A stretch of 40,289 bases of DNA from an uncultured Acidimicrobiales bacterium. GTDB taxonomy: Bacteria; Actinomycetota; Acidimicrobiia; Acidimicrobiales; Iamiaceae. Positions 1 through 8,743 of the stretch are shown here, in pieces; position 1 is the stretch's first letter; every line of letters begins with the position of its first letter. A model generated the notes under the pieces. The model had not been told where the DNA came from and ran no database searches. It worked only from the letters and a program-made list of their open reading frames with translations. The DNA is taken from NCBI GenBank assembly GCA_937926025.1, contig CALANQ010000394.1, positions 1-40,289 of the forward strand. Direction: 5' to 3'. The position numbers and the translations under genes were made by a program.

Positions 1-558
1 CGTGGTGTTGCCGATGCCCATGTCGCCCGCCACCAGCAGGTCGGCTCCTCCGGCGATCAGCTCCTGGGCCACCTCGATGCCGACGGCGACCGCCGCACGG
101 GCCTCGTCCACGGTCATGGCCGGACCGGTGGCGAGGCTGGCGGTGCCGGGACGCACCTTCCGGTGGCGCACGGAGGGCAGGTGGGTGAGGTCGGCGGCGA
201 CGCCGACGTCGACGAGGGTCACCTCGGCGCCGACCGTGGCCGCGAACGTGTTGATGGCGGCCATCTCGCCAGCCATGGCGTGGACCATGAGGCCGGTGAT
301 GTCTGACGGCCAGGCGCTGGCCCCGTCGGCCACCACGCCGTGATCGCCGGCGAACACCACCACCTCCGGGTGGGCGGCGACCGGCGGCGGGCACGCGCCG
401 GTGATGCCGGCCAGGGCCACGGCCACGTCCTCGAGCTGCCCGAGGGAGCCCGGCGGCTTGGCCCGGGTGCCCCACCGCTGGCGGGCGGCGTCGGCGGCCG
501 CCTCGTCGATGGGGGTCACGGCGGGCAGTTCGTGCGGCAACGGGTTCGGGTCGGTCAT
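1..558 (-). CDS. cobT: Nicotinate-nucleotide--dimethylbenzimidazole phosphoribosyltransferase (5' part; runs off window edge)
   Basis: Not in the ORF track. Manual translation from ATG 558 gives MTDPNPLPHELPAVTPID...RAKPPGSLGQLE...VVVFAGDHGVV...AAINTFA...GDMGIGNTT, the canonical CobT motifs. ATGA overlap with the upstream gene's stop. Confidence 0.95.
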   Translation of the reverse strand, partial: MTDPNPLPHELPAVTPIDEAAADAARQRWGTRAKPPGSLGQLEDVAVALAGITGACPPPVAAHPEVVVFAGDHGVVADGASAWPSDITGLMVHAMAGEMAAINTFAATVGAEVTLVDVGVAADLTHLPSVRHRKVRPGTASLATGPAMTVDEARAAVAVGIEVAQELIAGGADLLVAGDMGIGNTT

Positions 559-1472
559 GGGGGATCCTCGAGGTGGTCGAGGGCCTCGGCGAGTCGCTCG
601 AGGCCGGTGGGTGGAGGGACGGCGATGCGGACCGCGTCCGGGCTGCCGAAGCTGGTGCCGTCGCGGACGAGGATCCGGTGGCGCAGGAGGTGGGCCCGGA
701 GGCCGCAGGCGCAGGGGATCCAGAGGTAGTTGGCGGTCCCCGGCTCGGCGTGGAGGCCATGGGCGGCGAGCAGGTCGTGCAGCTCGGTGCGGAGGGCGGC
801 GATCGAGGTCGTCCAGCCCGGGAGGTCGGCGGTGGCGAGCAGGTCCGGAAGGGCGGCGGCGGCCGGGCCGCTGACGGACCAGCGGGGCCGCAGGTCGGCG
901 ATCTCGGCGGCGGTGCGGTCGTCGGGGGCCAGGACGAAGCCGAGGCGCAGGCCGGGGCAGGCGAACAGCTTGGTGAGCGATCCGAGGGCGATGGCCTCGG
1001 CGTCGCCGCGGGTCCAGGTGCCGGTGGCCAGCGGGTAGAACGCCTCGTCGCGCACGGCGGCGCGGACGGTGCGAGGGGCGAGCGCGCCCGTCGGGTTGTT
1101 GGGGTCCGACATCCAGCGGGGGCCGTCGGGGTCGACGGTGCGGAGGTGGCGGCGGTACAGGGAGAAGTCCCGCTCGGCGGCCCAGCCGGTGGGGTGCCGC
1201 TGGGCGACCAGGGCGATGGCCTCGGCGCCCCCGTTGGTCAGCACGAGCCGGGCGGGGTCGACGGCCATCACCTCCGCCAGCGCGGCGGTGGCCCGGCGGT
1301 CGTCGGGGTAGCGGAGCAGGGCGTCGAGGTGGCGGCCCACGACCGGTCGGGGGTCGGGCGCGACCGGGTTCAGGCTGGCGGACAGGTCGAGGATGGCGGC
1401 GGGGTCGACCCCGAGCGAGCGGGCAACGGCCTCGACATCGCCCCCGTGGGGACCGGTGGTGGCGATGGTCAT
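555..1472 (-). CDS. Threonine-phosphate decarboxylase (PLP class I/II aminotransferase; CobC in Pseudomonas, CobD in Salmonella nomenclature)
   Basis: MTIATTGPHGGD, DLSASLNP, YPD, TNGGAEAI, PNNPTG, DEAFY, SLTKLFACPGLRLG (PLP lysine). Translationally coupled to cbiB and cobT. Confidence 0.88.
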   Translation of the reverse strand: MTIATTGPHGGDVEAVARSLGVDPAAILDLSASLNPVAPDPRPVVGRHLDALLRYPDDRRATAALAEVMAVDPARLVLTNGGAEAIALVAQRHPTGWAAERDFSLYRRHLRTVDPDGPRWMSDPNNPTGALAPRTVRAAVRDEAFYPLATGTWTRGDAEAIALGSLTKLFACPGLRLGFVLAPDDRTAAEIADLRPRWSVSGPAAAALPDLLATADLPGWTTSIAALRTELHDLLAAHGLHAEPGTANYLWIPCACGLRAHLLRHRILVRDGTSFGSPDAVRIAVPPPTGLERLAEALDHLEDPP

Positions 1473-2392
1473 GCGGGCGACCTCCGGGCTCGGCGGGCCA
1501 CGACGGTGAGGACCGATGGAGCCAGGAGCAGGGCTGTGAGGAGCTGCTCGGTCCGGTCCACCAGGTCGATCGCCCGAGCGATGTCCGTGGGCATCGGGCG
1601 GGGGCCGGTGCCCAGCACGGGCCGGTCCTCGTGGCGGTCGCCGTAGCGCAGCGGCCCGCCCAGCTCGACCCCGAGGGCGGCGGCCACGGCGGCCTCGGCC
1701 ACCCCGGCGTTGGGCGACGGGTGGGCCGGCGCCTGGGTGCGCACGGCCCGGGCGATGGCCCTGGCCCGGCCGGGTGCGACCGCCACGACCAGCGCGGCGA
1801 ACGCCCGCGCCGGCACCACGTCGGCGACGTCGTCCAGCCGGGCGGCGGACCAGCCGAACCGTTCGTACCGCTCCGATCGGTGACCCACCATGGCGTCCAT
1901 CGTGTTGACGGCCCGGTAGGCGCCGGCGCCGGCCGGGCCGCACGCCGCGCCCCACAGCGCCGGGGCCACCACGGCATCGACCGAGTTCTCGGCCAGGGAC
2001 TCGATGACGGCGGCGGCGATGCCGCGGTGATCCAGCGCGCTCGGGTCCCGGCCGACCAGGGAGGGGAGCAGCGCCCGGGCCCCGGCGAGGTCGTCGGCCT
2101 CGCACCGGTCGCCGATCTGGCCGGCGACGGTGCGGAGCTGTCGTCCCGCCGCGCCGACCCCGACGGTGATGGCGGTGGAGCGGGTCGCCCACCCTGCCGC
2201 CGCACCCAGGGCCACCCCGGTGGCGGTGTAGGCGATGCCGGCCGATCGGCGGTCCCGCCAGGTGGCCTGCTCCACGTGCTGCATGGCGGTGCCGAACCCC
2301 GCCACGGGGTGGAACGCCGGCGGCTCGCCGAAGGCCCGGTCCAGGAGCAGGCCGACGGCCGCCCCGGCCGGGCGGGTGGCGGTCGGCCTCAC
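1469..2392 (-). CDS. cbiB: Adenosylcobinamide-phosphate synthase CbiB/CobD
   Basis: LLDRAFGEPPAFHPVAGFG, LVGRD, ESLAENSVDAVVAP, YRAVNTMDAMVGHRSERY, AARLDD, HPSPNAG. GTG at 2392 overlaps the cobS stop. Confidence 0.95.
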   Translation of the reverse strand: MRPTATRPAGAAVGLLLDRAFGEPPAFHPVAGFGTAMQHVEQATWRDRRSAGIAYTATGVALGAAAGWATRSTAITVGVGAAGRQLRTVAGQIGDRCEADDLAGARALLPSLVGRDPSALDHRGIAAAVIESLAENSVDAVVAPALWGAACGPAGAGAYRAVNTMDAMVGHRSERYERFGWSAARLDDVADVVPARAFAALVVAVAPGRARAIARAVRTQAPAHPSPNAGVAEAAVAAALGVELGGPLRYGDRHEDRPVLGTGPRPMPTDIARAIDLVDRTEQLLTALLLAPSVLTVVARRARRSPA

Positions 2393-3087
2393 CGGTGGGC
2401 CGCCAGCACGAGCAGGGCGACGGTCTCCGACACGAGGATGGTGGCGCCCAGGACATCGCCGGTGAACCCGCCCAGCCGGGCTCGGGCGAGCCCGACGACG
2501 CCGGCGGCCGCCACGAGGGCGGCGAGGCCGGCAGCGATGCCGGTGCCCTGCTGGGTCACGGCCAGCAGGGCCAGCGCCGGGACGACGGCGAGGAGGATCC
2601 AGCGGTCGGGTCCGGCGAGGAAGGCGCTGGCGAGGCCCTCGGCGCGGGCGTAGGGGACGAAGCCGGGGACGGCGGCCGCCGCGGTCCGGCTGATGCTCCA
2701 CACCGCCACCAGCGACCAGGGCTCGACCGCGGGATCCGTGAGGGTGGCGAACCGGAGCAGCAGGACCACCGCCACGACGCCCACGCCGAACGCGCCCGTG
2801 TCGGGCAGGCGCATGACCTCCAGCCGACGCTCGCGCTCCAGGTGGGGGAGGAGGCCGTCGGCGCTGTCCGCCAGGCCGTCGACGTGGAGCAGGCCGGTGA
2901 CGGCCAGGTCGACCGCGACGGCCACCGCGGCGGCGACCGGCAGGGCCCAGATCTCCCGGCCGCCGGCCAGGGCGGCTGCCACCGCCGCGCCGATCAGCGC
3001 GCCGACCAGCGGGAACCAGCGGAACGTGGTCGGTCCCGGGGTCCGGGCCCGGCCGACAACGGTGAGGAAGCTCACGGCGCTCAGCAC
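2389..3087 (-). CDS. cobS: Adenosylcobinamide-GDP ribazoletransferase (cobalamin synthase)
   Basis: AVSFLT, WFPLVGALIG, TGLLHVDGLADSADG, RLEVMR...GAFGV, LGGFTGDVLGA; hydrophobic membrane protein. Confidence 0.95.
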   Translation of the reverse strand: MLSAVSFLTVVGRARTPGPTTFRWFPLVGALIGAAVAAALAGGREIWALPVAAAVAVAVDLAVTGLLHVDGLADSADGLLPHLERERRLEVMRLPDTGAFGVGVVAVVLLLRFATLTDPAVEPWSLVAVWSISRTAAAAVPGFVPYARAEGLASAFLAGPDRWILLAVVPALALLAVTQQGTGIAAGLAALVAAAGVVGLARARLGGFTGDVLGATILVSETVALLVLAAHR

Positions 3088-3614
3088 GGCGGCAGCTCCA
3101 GCACCCGGCCGGCGACCACCAGCAGCACGCGGTCCGCCGCCGCGGCCACGGCCTGGTTCAGCAGCCCGACGGCGTCGACGAAGCGGCGGCCGACCTCGGT
3201 GGGCGCGTGGAGCGACCAGCCCACCTCCTCGGACACGACGATGGTGGGGTGGTCCCGGGCGGTCAGCGCGGCGACCAGCGCGTCGGTGTCGACGGCCAGG
3301 TCGGGGTGGGAGGCGATCCAGGTGCCCAGCGAGTCCAGCAGCACCGGCCCGTCGATGGCGGCCAGGTGGCCGGGCAGGGTGAGCGGGTCCGGGCACTCGA
3401 CCGTGATCCAGCCCGCGGGACGGCGGGCGCGGTGGGCGTCGATCCGGGCCACGTGGTCGGCGTCGGTCGCGTCGACCCGGGCGGTGGCCACGTAGGTCAG
3501 CGGGCGGGGACCGCCGAGGTCCGCAGCCAGCTGCTCCGCGGTTCGGGACTTGCCGGAGCGGGTGCCGCCCAGCACGAGCGTGATGGGTGCACGGGTGGTG
3601 GTGATGTCTCGCAC
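3081..3614 (-). CDS. cobU: Bifunctional adenosylcobinamide kinase/adenosylcobinamide-phosphate guanylyltransferase
   Basis: LVLGGTRSGKSRTAE P-loop, YVAT, RIDAHRARRP, LLDSLGTW, VVSEEVG, RRFVDAVGLLNQ, VVAG. Start GTG 3614 is approximate. Confidence 0.93.
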   Translation of the reverse strand: MRDITTTRAPITLVLGGTRSGKSRTAEQLAADLGGPRPLTYVATARVDATDADHVARIDAHRARRPAGWITVECPDPLTLPGHLAAIDGPVLLDSLGTWIASHPDLAVDTDALVAALTARDHPTIVVSEEVGWSLHAPTEVGRRFVDAVGLLNQAVAAAADRVLLVVAGRVLELPPC

Positions 3615-3654
3615 TGCGGCAACCGACCCCAAGCCTCGAGGGTTCACGTGGTTC

Positions 3655-3749
3655 TCGCGACCGAGGCTCGACCGGACTCGCCGACACCGGGTCGGCTCTA
3701 CCGTTGCGGGACAGTGCCGGGATCTCACCGGACTTCGCCCTCGGACGCA
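3655..3749 (-). ncRNA. Cobalamin riboswitch (compact form) in the leader of the cobU-cobS-cbiB-decarboxylase-cobT operon
   Basis: Minus strand reads GGGCGAAGTCCGGTGAGATCCCGGCACTGTCCCGCAACGGT...GAGTCCGG, matching the GGGAA-CCGGTGRAA-CCGG-CTGYCCCGCAACTGT core. CCGAGG/CCTCGG closing stem (3739-3744 with 3661-3666). TAGGGT -10 at 3761-3756. Confidence 0.8.
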
Positions 3750-3790
3750 GGCGGCACCCTAGTGCGGGCCGCGCCCCTAGGGTTCCGGCC

Positions 3791-4351
3791 GTGGAACGGG
3801 GGCTCGACGTGTGGCTGGTCCGCCACGGCGAGACCGGGTGGAGCCGGGACCGCCGCTACACCGGCTGGAGCGACGTGCCGCTCACCGGGGCGGGCGAGGC
3901 CCAGGCCGAAGCGCTCCGCGATCAGCTGCCGAGCGGGACCGGTGTGCGGGCCTGGACCTCGCCTCTGGGCCGCTGCGTCCGCACGGCTGAGCTGGCCGGG
4001 TTGGACGCGGTGGTCGACGATCGGCTGCGGGAGCTGGACTTCGGCGACATCGAGGGCGCGCGCTGGGACGACCTCGCCGGGGACGTGCAGGAGCAGCTGC
4101 TGGACTTCGACTCGTTCTCCGCTCCGAACGGCGAGTCGACGGCCGACCTCCGCTCCCGCGTCCACGCCTTCCTGCGCTCGCTGCCGACGGGTCGGCACGT
4201 GGTCGTCACCCACGGCGGCGTGGTGCGGATGCTGCTCCGCGAGGCCGGCGGCGACGCGGCCGTGGCCCCCGCGGCCGTGGTCCGCTTGCGGTTCCCGGAG
4301 GCAGGGGCGGCCATGATGACGCCATGCCCCGCCAGTCCATCGTCCTGCTGA
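3791..4351 (+). CDS. Histidine phosphatase family protein, probable alpha-ribazole-5'-phosphate/adenosylcobalamin-5'-phosphate phosphatase (CobC-like)
   Basis: LVRHGET, DVPLT, TSPLGRC, LRELDFGDIEG, PNGES, VVTHGGVVR; located in the cob cluster. Confidence 0.8.
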   Translation: MERGLDVWLVRHGETGWSRDRRYTGWSDVPLTGAGEAQAEALRDQLPSGTGVRAWTSPLGRCVRTAELAGLDAVVDDRLRELDFGDIEGARWDDLAGDVQEQLLDFDSFSAPNGESTADLRSRVHAFLRSLPTGRHVVVTHGGVVRMLLREAGGDAAVAPAAVVRLRFPEAGAAMMTPCPASPSSC

Positions 4352-4845
4352 ACACCGGCCACGGGAAGGGAAAGAGCTCCGCTGCGTTCGGGGTGATGTC
4401 CCGGGGCTGGGCCCGGGGGTGGACGGTCGGCGTGGTCCAGTTCGTGAAGTCCGGGAAGTGGAAGGTCGGCGAGAAGAAGCTGGCCGAGCACCTCGAGATC
4501 GAGTGGCACACCCTGGGCGACGGCTTCACCTGGGAGTCCACCGACATGGACGAGACCATCGCCAAGGGCCAGCACGCCTGGCAGGTGGCGAAGGCCAAGC
4601 TGGCGTCGGGCGACTACGACCTGCTGATCCTCGACGAGGCCACCTACGCCGTGAAGTACGGGTGGGTCGACGCCGCCGAGATGGCCGAGGGGATCCGCGC
4701 CCGCTCGCCTCGTACCAACGTGGTGGTCACCGGGCGCGACGCACCCCAGGAGCTGATCGACGTGGCCAACACCGTCACGGAGATGCGCAAGGTGAAGCAC
4801 GCGTACGACGAGGGCATCACCGCCATGAAGGGGATCGAGTTCTGA
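4324..4845 (+). CDS. cobO: Cob(I)yrinic acid a,c-diamide adenosyltransferase (CobO/BtuR)
   Basis: NTGHGKGKSSAAFG, VVQFVK, GDGFTW, ILDE, VVVTGR, VTEMRKVKHAYD, KGIEF. Confidence 0.96.
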   Translation: MPRQSIVLLNTGHGKGKSSAAFGVMSRGWARGWTVGVVQFVKSGKWKVGEKKLAEHLEIEWHTLGDGFTWESTDMDETIAKGQHAWQVAKAKLASGDYDLLILDEATYAVKYGWVDAAEMAEGIRARSPRTNVVVTGRDAPQELIDVANTVTEMRKVKHAYDEGITAMKGIEF

Positions 4846-6188
4846 TGCTCGGCCCCCGGCTGGTGGTCGCCGGGACCCACTCCGGTGCCGGCAAGACCAC
4901 GGTCGCCACGGGTCTCATGGCGGCGCTCCGGCGCCAGGGCCGGGTGGTCGCGTCGGCCAAGGTCGGGCCGGACTTCATCGACCCCGGCTACCACGCCCTC
5001 GCCACCGGGCGGCCGGGGCGCAACCTGGACCCGTGGATGTGCGGCCCGTCGCTCATCGGGCCGCTCGCCGGCCGGGCGGCCAGCGGCGCCGACGTGCTGG
5101 TGGTCGAGGGCGTGATGGGCCTCTTCGACGGGGCCGCCGACGGGAGCCCGTCGTCCACGGCCGACGTGGCCGTCGCGCTCGACGCGCCCGTGCTGCTGGT
5201 GGTCGACTGCTCGTCGCAGGCCGCGTCGGTGGCGGCGCTGGTGCACGGGTTCGCCACGTTCGACCCTCGGGTCCGGGTGGCGGGCGTGGTGCTCAACCGG
5301 CTGGCCTCGGACAGCCACGAGGCCATGGTCCGGGCCGCGATCGGGGCGATGGCGGCGCCCGTGCCGGTGGTCGGCGCCCTGCGGCGGGACGAGCGGCTGT
5401 CGTGGCGCGACCGCCACCTGGGCTTGGTCCCGGTGGCCGAGCGCCCCGATGAGGTGGCCGCCGCGCTGGACCACCTCGCGGACCTCATCGCCGAGCGCTG
5501 CGACCTGGATCGGGTGCTGGCCGTCGCCGCCGCGGCCGAGCCGCTGGAGGTGGACGACGTGCCGGTGCCGACCCGTGTGGGGGCGGCTCGCATCGCCGTC
5601 GCCGGGGGCCGGGCGTTCACGTTCCAGTACCCGGACAACGTGGAGGCGCTCGAAGCTGCAGGCGCCGAGGTGGTGCCGTTCGACCCCTTGCACGACCCGG
5701 CCCTGCCTGAGGGCATCGACGGACTGGTGGTCGGCGGCGGGTTCCCCGAGGTGATGGCCGAGGCGCTCGCCGCCAACGAGGCGCTGCGCCGGGACGTGGC
5801 TCGGCGGGTGGCCGACGGGCTGGTCACCTGGGCGGAGTGCGGGGGCCTGCTCTGGCTCGCCCGCTCGCTCGACGGCCACCCGATGGTGGGCGCCCTGCCG
5901 GTCGACGCCGCCATGACCGACCGGCTCACGCTGGGCTACCGGACGGCCGTGCAGCAGGCGGACTCGCCGCTCGGACCGGCGGGCACCGTGCTGCGCGGCC
6001 ACGAGTTCCACTGCACCGCGACGACGCCTGCGGGCGCGGCGCTGGAGCTGACCGGGCGCACCGGGACGGGTCCGGGCGGGTTCGCCACGCCGACGGTCCT
6101 GGCCAGTTACCTGCACGTCCACCTGGCCGGCCAGCCGGCGCTGGCCGAGGCGTTCGTGGCCGCCGCAGCCGCCCGCCGGGCCGGCTAG
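4845..6188 (+). CDS. cobB: Hydrogenobyrinate/cobyrinate a,c-diamide synthase
   Basis: VAGTHSGAGKTT, KVGPDFIDP, VEGVMGLFDG, RHLGL, FTFQY, GGGFPE, AECGG, RGHEFH, ASYLHVH. Confidence 0.96.
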   Translation: MLGPRLVVAGTHSGAGKTTVATGLMAALRRQGRVVASAKVGPDFIDPGYHALATGRPGRNLDPWMCGPSLIGPLAGRAASGADVLVVEGVMGLFDGAADGSPSSTADVAVALDAPVLLVVDCSSQAASVAALVHGFATFDPRVRVAGVVLNRLASDSHEAMVRAAIGAMAAPVPVVGALRRDERLSWRDRHLGLVPVAERPDEVAAALDHLADLIAERCDLDRVLAVAAAAEPLEVDDVPVPTRVGAARIAVAGGRAFTFQYPDNVEALEAAGAEVVPFDPLHDPALPEGIDGLVVGGGFPEVMAEALAANEALRRDVARRVADGLVTWAECGGLLWLARSLDGHPMVGALPVDAAMTDRLTLGYRTAVQQADSPLGPAGTVLRGHEFHCTATTPAGAALELTGRTGTGPGGFATPTVLASYLHVHLAGQPALAEAFVAAAAARRAG

Positions 6189-6204
6189 GACGCCCCTCGG
6201 CCCC

Positions 6205-6227
6205 ACGTAGGGCACCATGCCCTACGT
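6205..6227. promoter_or_regulatory. Perfect inverted repeat ACGTAGGGCA-cca-TGCCCTACGT just upstream of the cobG -10 box; candidate operator
   Basis: 10-bp arms with a 3-bp spacer, seen directly. The half-site also occurs twice at 23904-23924. TACGGT -10 at 6232-6237. Confidence 0.65.
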
Positions 6228-6243
6228 CGGGTACGGTGGCCCG

Positions 6244-7380
6244 ATGCAGCTGCTCGCCGTCGGCCACAAGCGCACCGGCGCCTGTCCCACGTTCGAGCGG
6301 CCCGTCCTGCAGCGCGACGGCGTCCTCCTGCGGGTCCCGCTGGTCGGCGGTGCCCTCACCCGGGACCGAGCGCTGGCTGTCGCCGACGTCGCCGCCACCG
6401 TCGGCAGCGACACCATCGAGCTCACCAACCGCGGCAACCTCCAGCTCCGCGGGGTGCGGGAGGGCCAGGTCGGCGTTGCGCTGGACCGGCTGCGCTCGGT
6501 CGGGCTGGGAGCACCCGGCGCCGCGCTCGTCAGCATCTCGCCCTTCGCCGGCCCCCGGGAGCACGACCTGCGGGGTGCCCTGCTGGCGGCGCTCGACGCC
6601 CTGCTCGCCAACGGGCCGACGCTGGCCCCCAAGTTCGCCGTCCACATCGACGACGCCGGCGGGTGGACCGCTGGCCGTCGGGCCGAGGCCGTGCTCGTCG
6701 CTGCGGGCGACGACTGGGCGGTGCGGGTCCCTGGCATCGGCGGGGGCACGGTCCCGGCGAGCGAGGCGGTCGCGCTGGTCACGACGCTCGCCGAGGCGTG
6801 CCGGGCGGTCGGCGACCAGGCTCGGGTGGCCGACGTGCTGGCCGCTGGGATCGCCCTCCCGTCGGTGCTGTCGAGGCTCGGGCGGCCCCAGGCAGATCCG
6901 GTCGGCGCCGTCGCCGCGCCCGGCCCCCTCGGGGAGGTGGTCGGTCCCGACGGTCACCGGATCGTCGTCGCCGCGCCGGTGCTGGGCCGCCTCGACGGCG
7001 CCGCCCTCGCCGCCGTCGCGCACCGCGCCGACGGCCCCATCCGGGTCACGCCGTGGCGTTCGCTGGTGCTGCCGCACCGGCCGGGGCTGACGGCGGAGCT
7101 GGGGGCGCTCGGCCTCGTGGTCCGCCCGGACCATCCCGCCGCTGGTGTCATCTCGTGCGTCGGCGCCGCCGGCTGCTGGCAGACCGAGGCCGATGCCCTG
7201 GCCGAAGCCCACCGCCAGATCGCCACCCGTCGGGTCGCCGCCCGCCAGATCGACCGTCGCTCGAGCCCCGCCGTCGTGCACGTCACCGGGTGCGACAAGC
7301 GGTGCGCCACCCGCGGCCCGGTCGATGTCACGTTCGTCGGCCGGCCCGACGGCCGCGGCTTCGACGAGGTGCGGTCGTGA
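6244..7380 (+). CDS. cobG: Precorrin-3B synthase (nitrite/sulfite-reductase-like Fe-S monooxygenase)
   Basis: GACP...DGVLLRVPLVGG, IELTNRGNLQLRG, LAPKF, RVTPWR, SCVGAAGC and HVTGCDKRC Cys motifs; lies upstream of cobH. Start 6244 chosen because a -10 box sits 6 nt before it. Confidence 0.88.
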   Translation: MQLLAVGHKRTGACPTFERPVLQRDGVLLRVPLVGGALTRDRALAVADVAATVGSDTIELTNRGNLQLRGVREGQVGVALDRLRSVGLGAPGAALVSISPFAGPREHDLRGALLAALDALLANGPTLAPKFAVHIDDAGGWTAGRRAEAVLVAAGDDWAVRVPGIGGGTVPASEAVALVTTLAEACRAVGDQARVADVLAAGIALPSVLSRLGRPQADPVGAVAAPGPLGEVVGPDGHRIVVAAPVLGRLDGAALAAVAHRADGPIRVTPWRSLVLPHRPGLTAELGALGLVVRPDHPAAGVISCVGAAGCWQTEADALAEAHRQIATRRVAARQIDRRSSPAVVHVTGCDKRCATRGPVDVTFVGRPDGRGFDEVRS

Positions 7381-8012
7381 CCACCGCCCACGACTACGTC
7401 CGCGACGGCGCCGAGATCTACCGCCGGTCGTTCGCCATCATCCGGTCCGAGGCGGACCTGTCGGCCATCCCGCCGTCGGCCGAGGCGCTCGCCGTGCGCA
7501 TGATCCACGCCTGTGGCATGACCGACCTGCCGGCCGACATCCGCTGCAGCGACGACCTCGTCCCCGCCGGGCGGGCCGCGCTGCAGGCGGGCGCCCCGAT
7601 CCTCTGCGACGCCCGGATGGTGGCCGACGGTGTCACCCGCTCCCGGCTGCCCGCCGGCAACGAGGTGATCTGCACCCTCGGCGAGCCCGGCGTGGCCGAG
7701 CTGGCGGCGTCGATGGGCACCACCCGCTCGGCCGCGGCCATGGAGCACTGGCTGCCCCGCATGGAGGGTGCCGTCGTCGCCATCGGCAACGCCCCGACCT
7801 CGCTGTTCCGCCTGTTCGAGCTCCTCGACGCCGGCGCTCCCCGACCCGCAGCCATCGTCGGCATCCCCGTCGGGTTCGTGGGAGCGGCGGAGTCCAAGGC
7901 GGCCCTCGAGTCCGACCCGCGAGGGATCCCGTTCGTCACCGTCCTCGGCCGACGGGGCGGCAGCGCCATGACCGCCGCCGCCCTCAACGCCCTCGCCCAG
8001 GAGCGCGAATGA
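7377..8012 (+). CDS. cobH: Precorrin-8X methylmutase
   Basis: YVRDGAEIYRRSFAIIRSEADL, RMIHACG, TTRSAAA, AIGNAPT, PVGFVGAAESK, GRRGGSAMTAAALNAL. Confidence 0.97.
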   Translation: MTTAHDYVRDGAEIYRRSFAIIRSEADLSAIPPSAEALAVRMIHACGMTDLPADIRCSDDLVPAGRAALQAGAPILCDARMVADGVTRSRLPAGNEVICTLGEPGVAELAASMGTTRSAAAMEHWLPRMEGAVVAIGNAPTSLFRLFELLDAGAPRPAAIVGIPVGFVGAAESKAALESDPRGIPFVTVLGRRGGSAMTAAALNALAQERE

Positions 8013-8743
8013 CCACCCCCGGCCACCTGTACGGCGTGGGCGTCGGCCCCGGCGACCCGGAGCTGATGAGCGTGAAGGCGCACCGGCTCATCTCGTCGAC
8101 CCCCACCGTCGCCTACTTCGCCGCCCGCGGCCGCCCCAGCAACGCCCGGGCCGTCGCCGACCACCTGCTCACCGACGACCACATCGAGCTGCGCATCGAG
8201 TACCCGGTCACCACCGAGGCCCTCGGCGCCCACCAGTCCTACGAGGACCTCCTGATCGGCTGCTACGACGACGCCGCCCGGCGGGTGGGCGAGCGCCTCG
8301 CCGCCGGCCACGACGTGGTGGTCATCTGCGAGGGCGACCCGCTCTTCTACGGCTCGTACATGTACCTGCACAACCGCCTGGCGGACCGGTTCGCCGCCAC
8401 GGTGGTGCCCGGCATCCCGTCGCCGGTGGCCGGCGCCGCCGCCATCGCCCGGCCGCTCGTGTGCGGCACCGAGGTGCTCAGCGTCCTCAGCGGGGTCCTG
8501 ACCGTCGACGAGCTCAAGTCGTCGCTGGCCGCAGCGGATGCCGCCGTGGTCATCAAGCTGGGCCGCAACCTGGCCAAGGTGCGGGCCGCGGTGGAGAGCG
8601 TCGACCTGCTGGACCGGGCGTTCTACGTGGAGCGGGCGTCCGGTGCCGCCCAGGTGACGTGCCCGCTGGCGGAGGCCGATGCCGACCGGGCGCCGTACTT
8701 CTCCATGGTCGTCATCCCCAGCGCCACCGCGTTCCTCCGGTGA
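8009..8743 (+). CDS. cobI: Precorrin-2 C20-methyltransferase
   Basis: LYGVGVGPGDPELMSVKA, YPVTTE, CEGDPLFYGSYMYLH, VPGI, IKLGRN, YVERAS, PYFSMV. Confidence 0.95.
   Translation: MTTPGHLYGVGVGPGDPELMSVKAHRLISSTPTVAYFAARGRPSNARAVADHLLTDDHIELRIEYPVTTEALGAHQSYEDLLIGCYDDAARRVGERLAAGHDVVVICEGDPLFYGSYMYLHNRLADRFAATVVPGIPSPVAGAAAIARPLVCGTEVLSVLSGVLTVDELKSSLAAADAAVVIKLGRNLAKVRAAVESVDLLDRAFYVERASGAAQVTCPLAEADADRAPYFSMVVIPSATAFLR

Noticed and set aside
555-1472. Short Thr-phosphate decarboxylase (305 aa) as a possible pseudogene
   Set aside because: The frame is intact, all PLP-binding motifs are present and coupling to both neighbours is preserved. It is more likely a compact variant.
6244-7380. Nitrite/sulfite reductase call
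   Set aside because: Position ahead of cobHIJ, short length and the N-terminal ACP...DG motif fit CobG.
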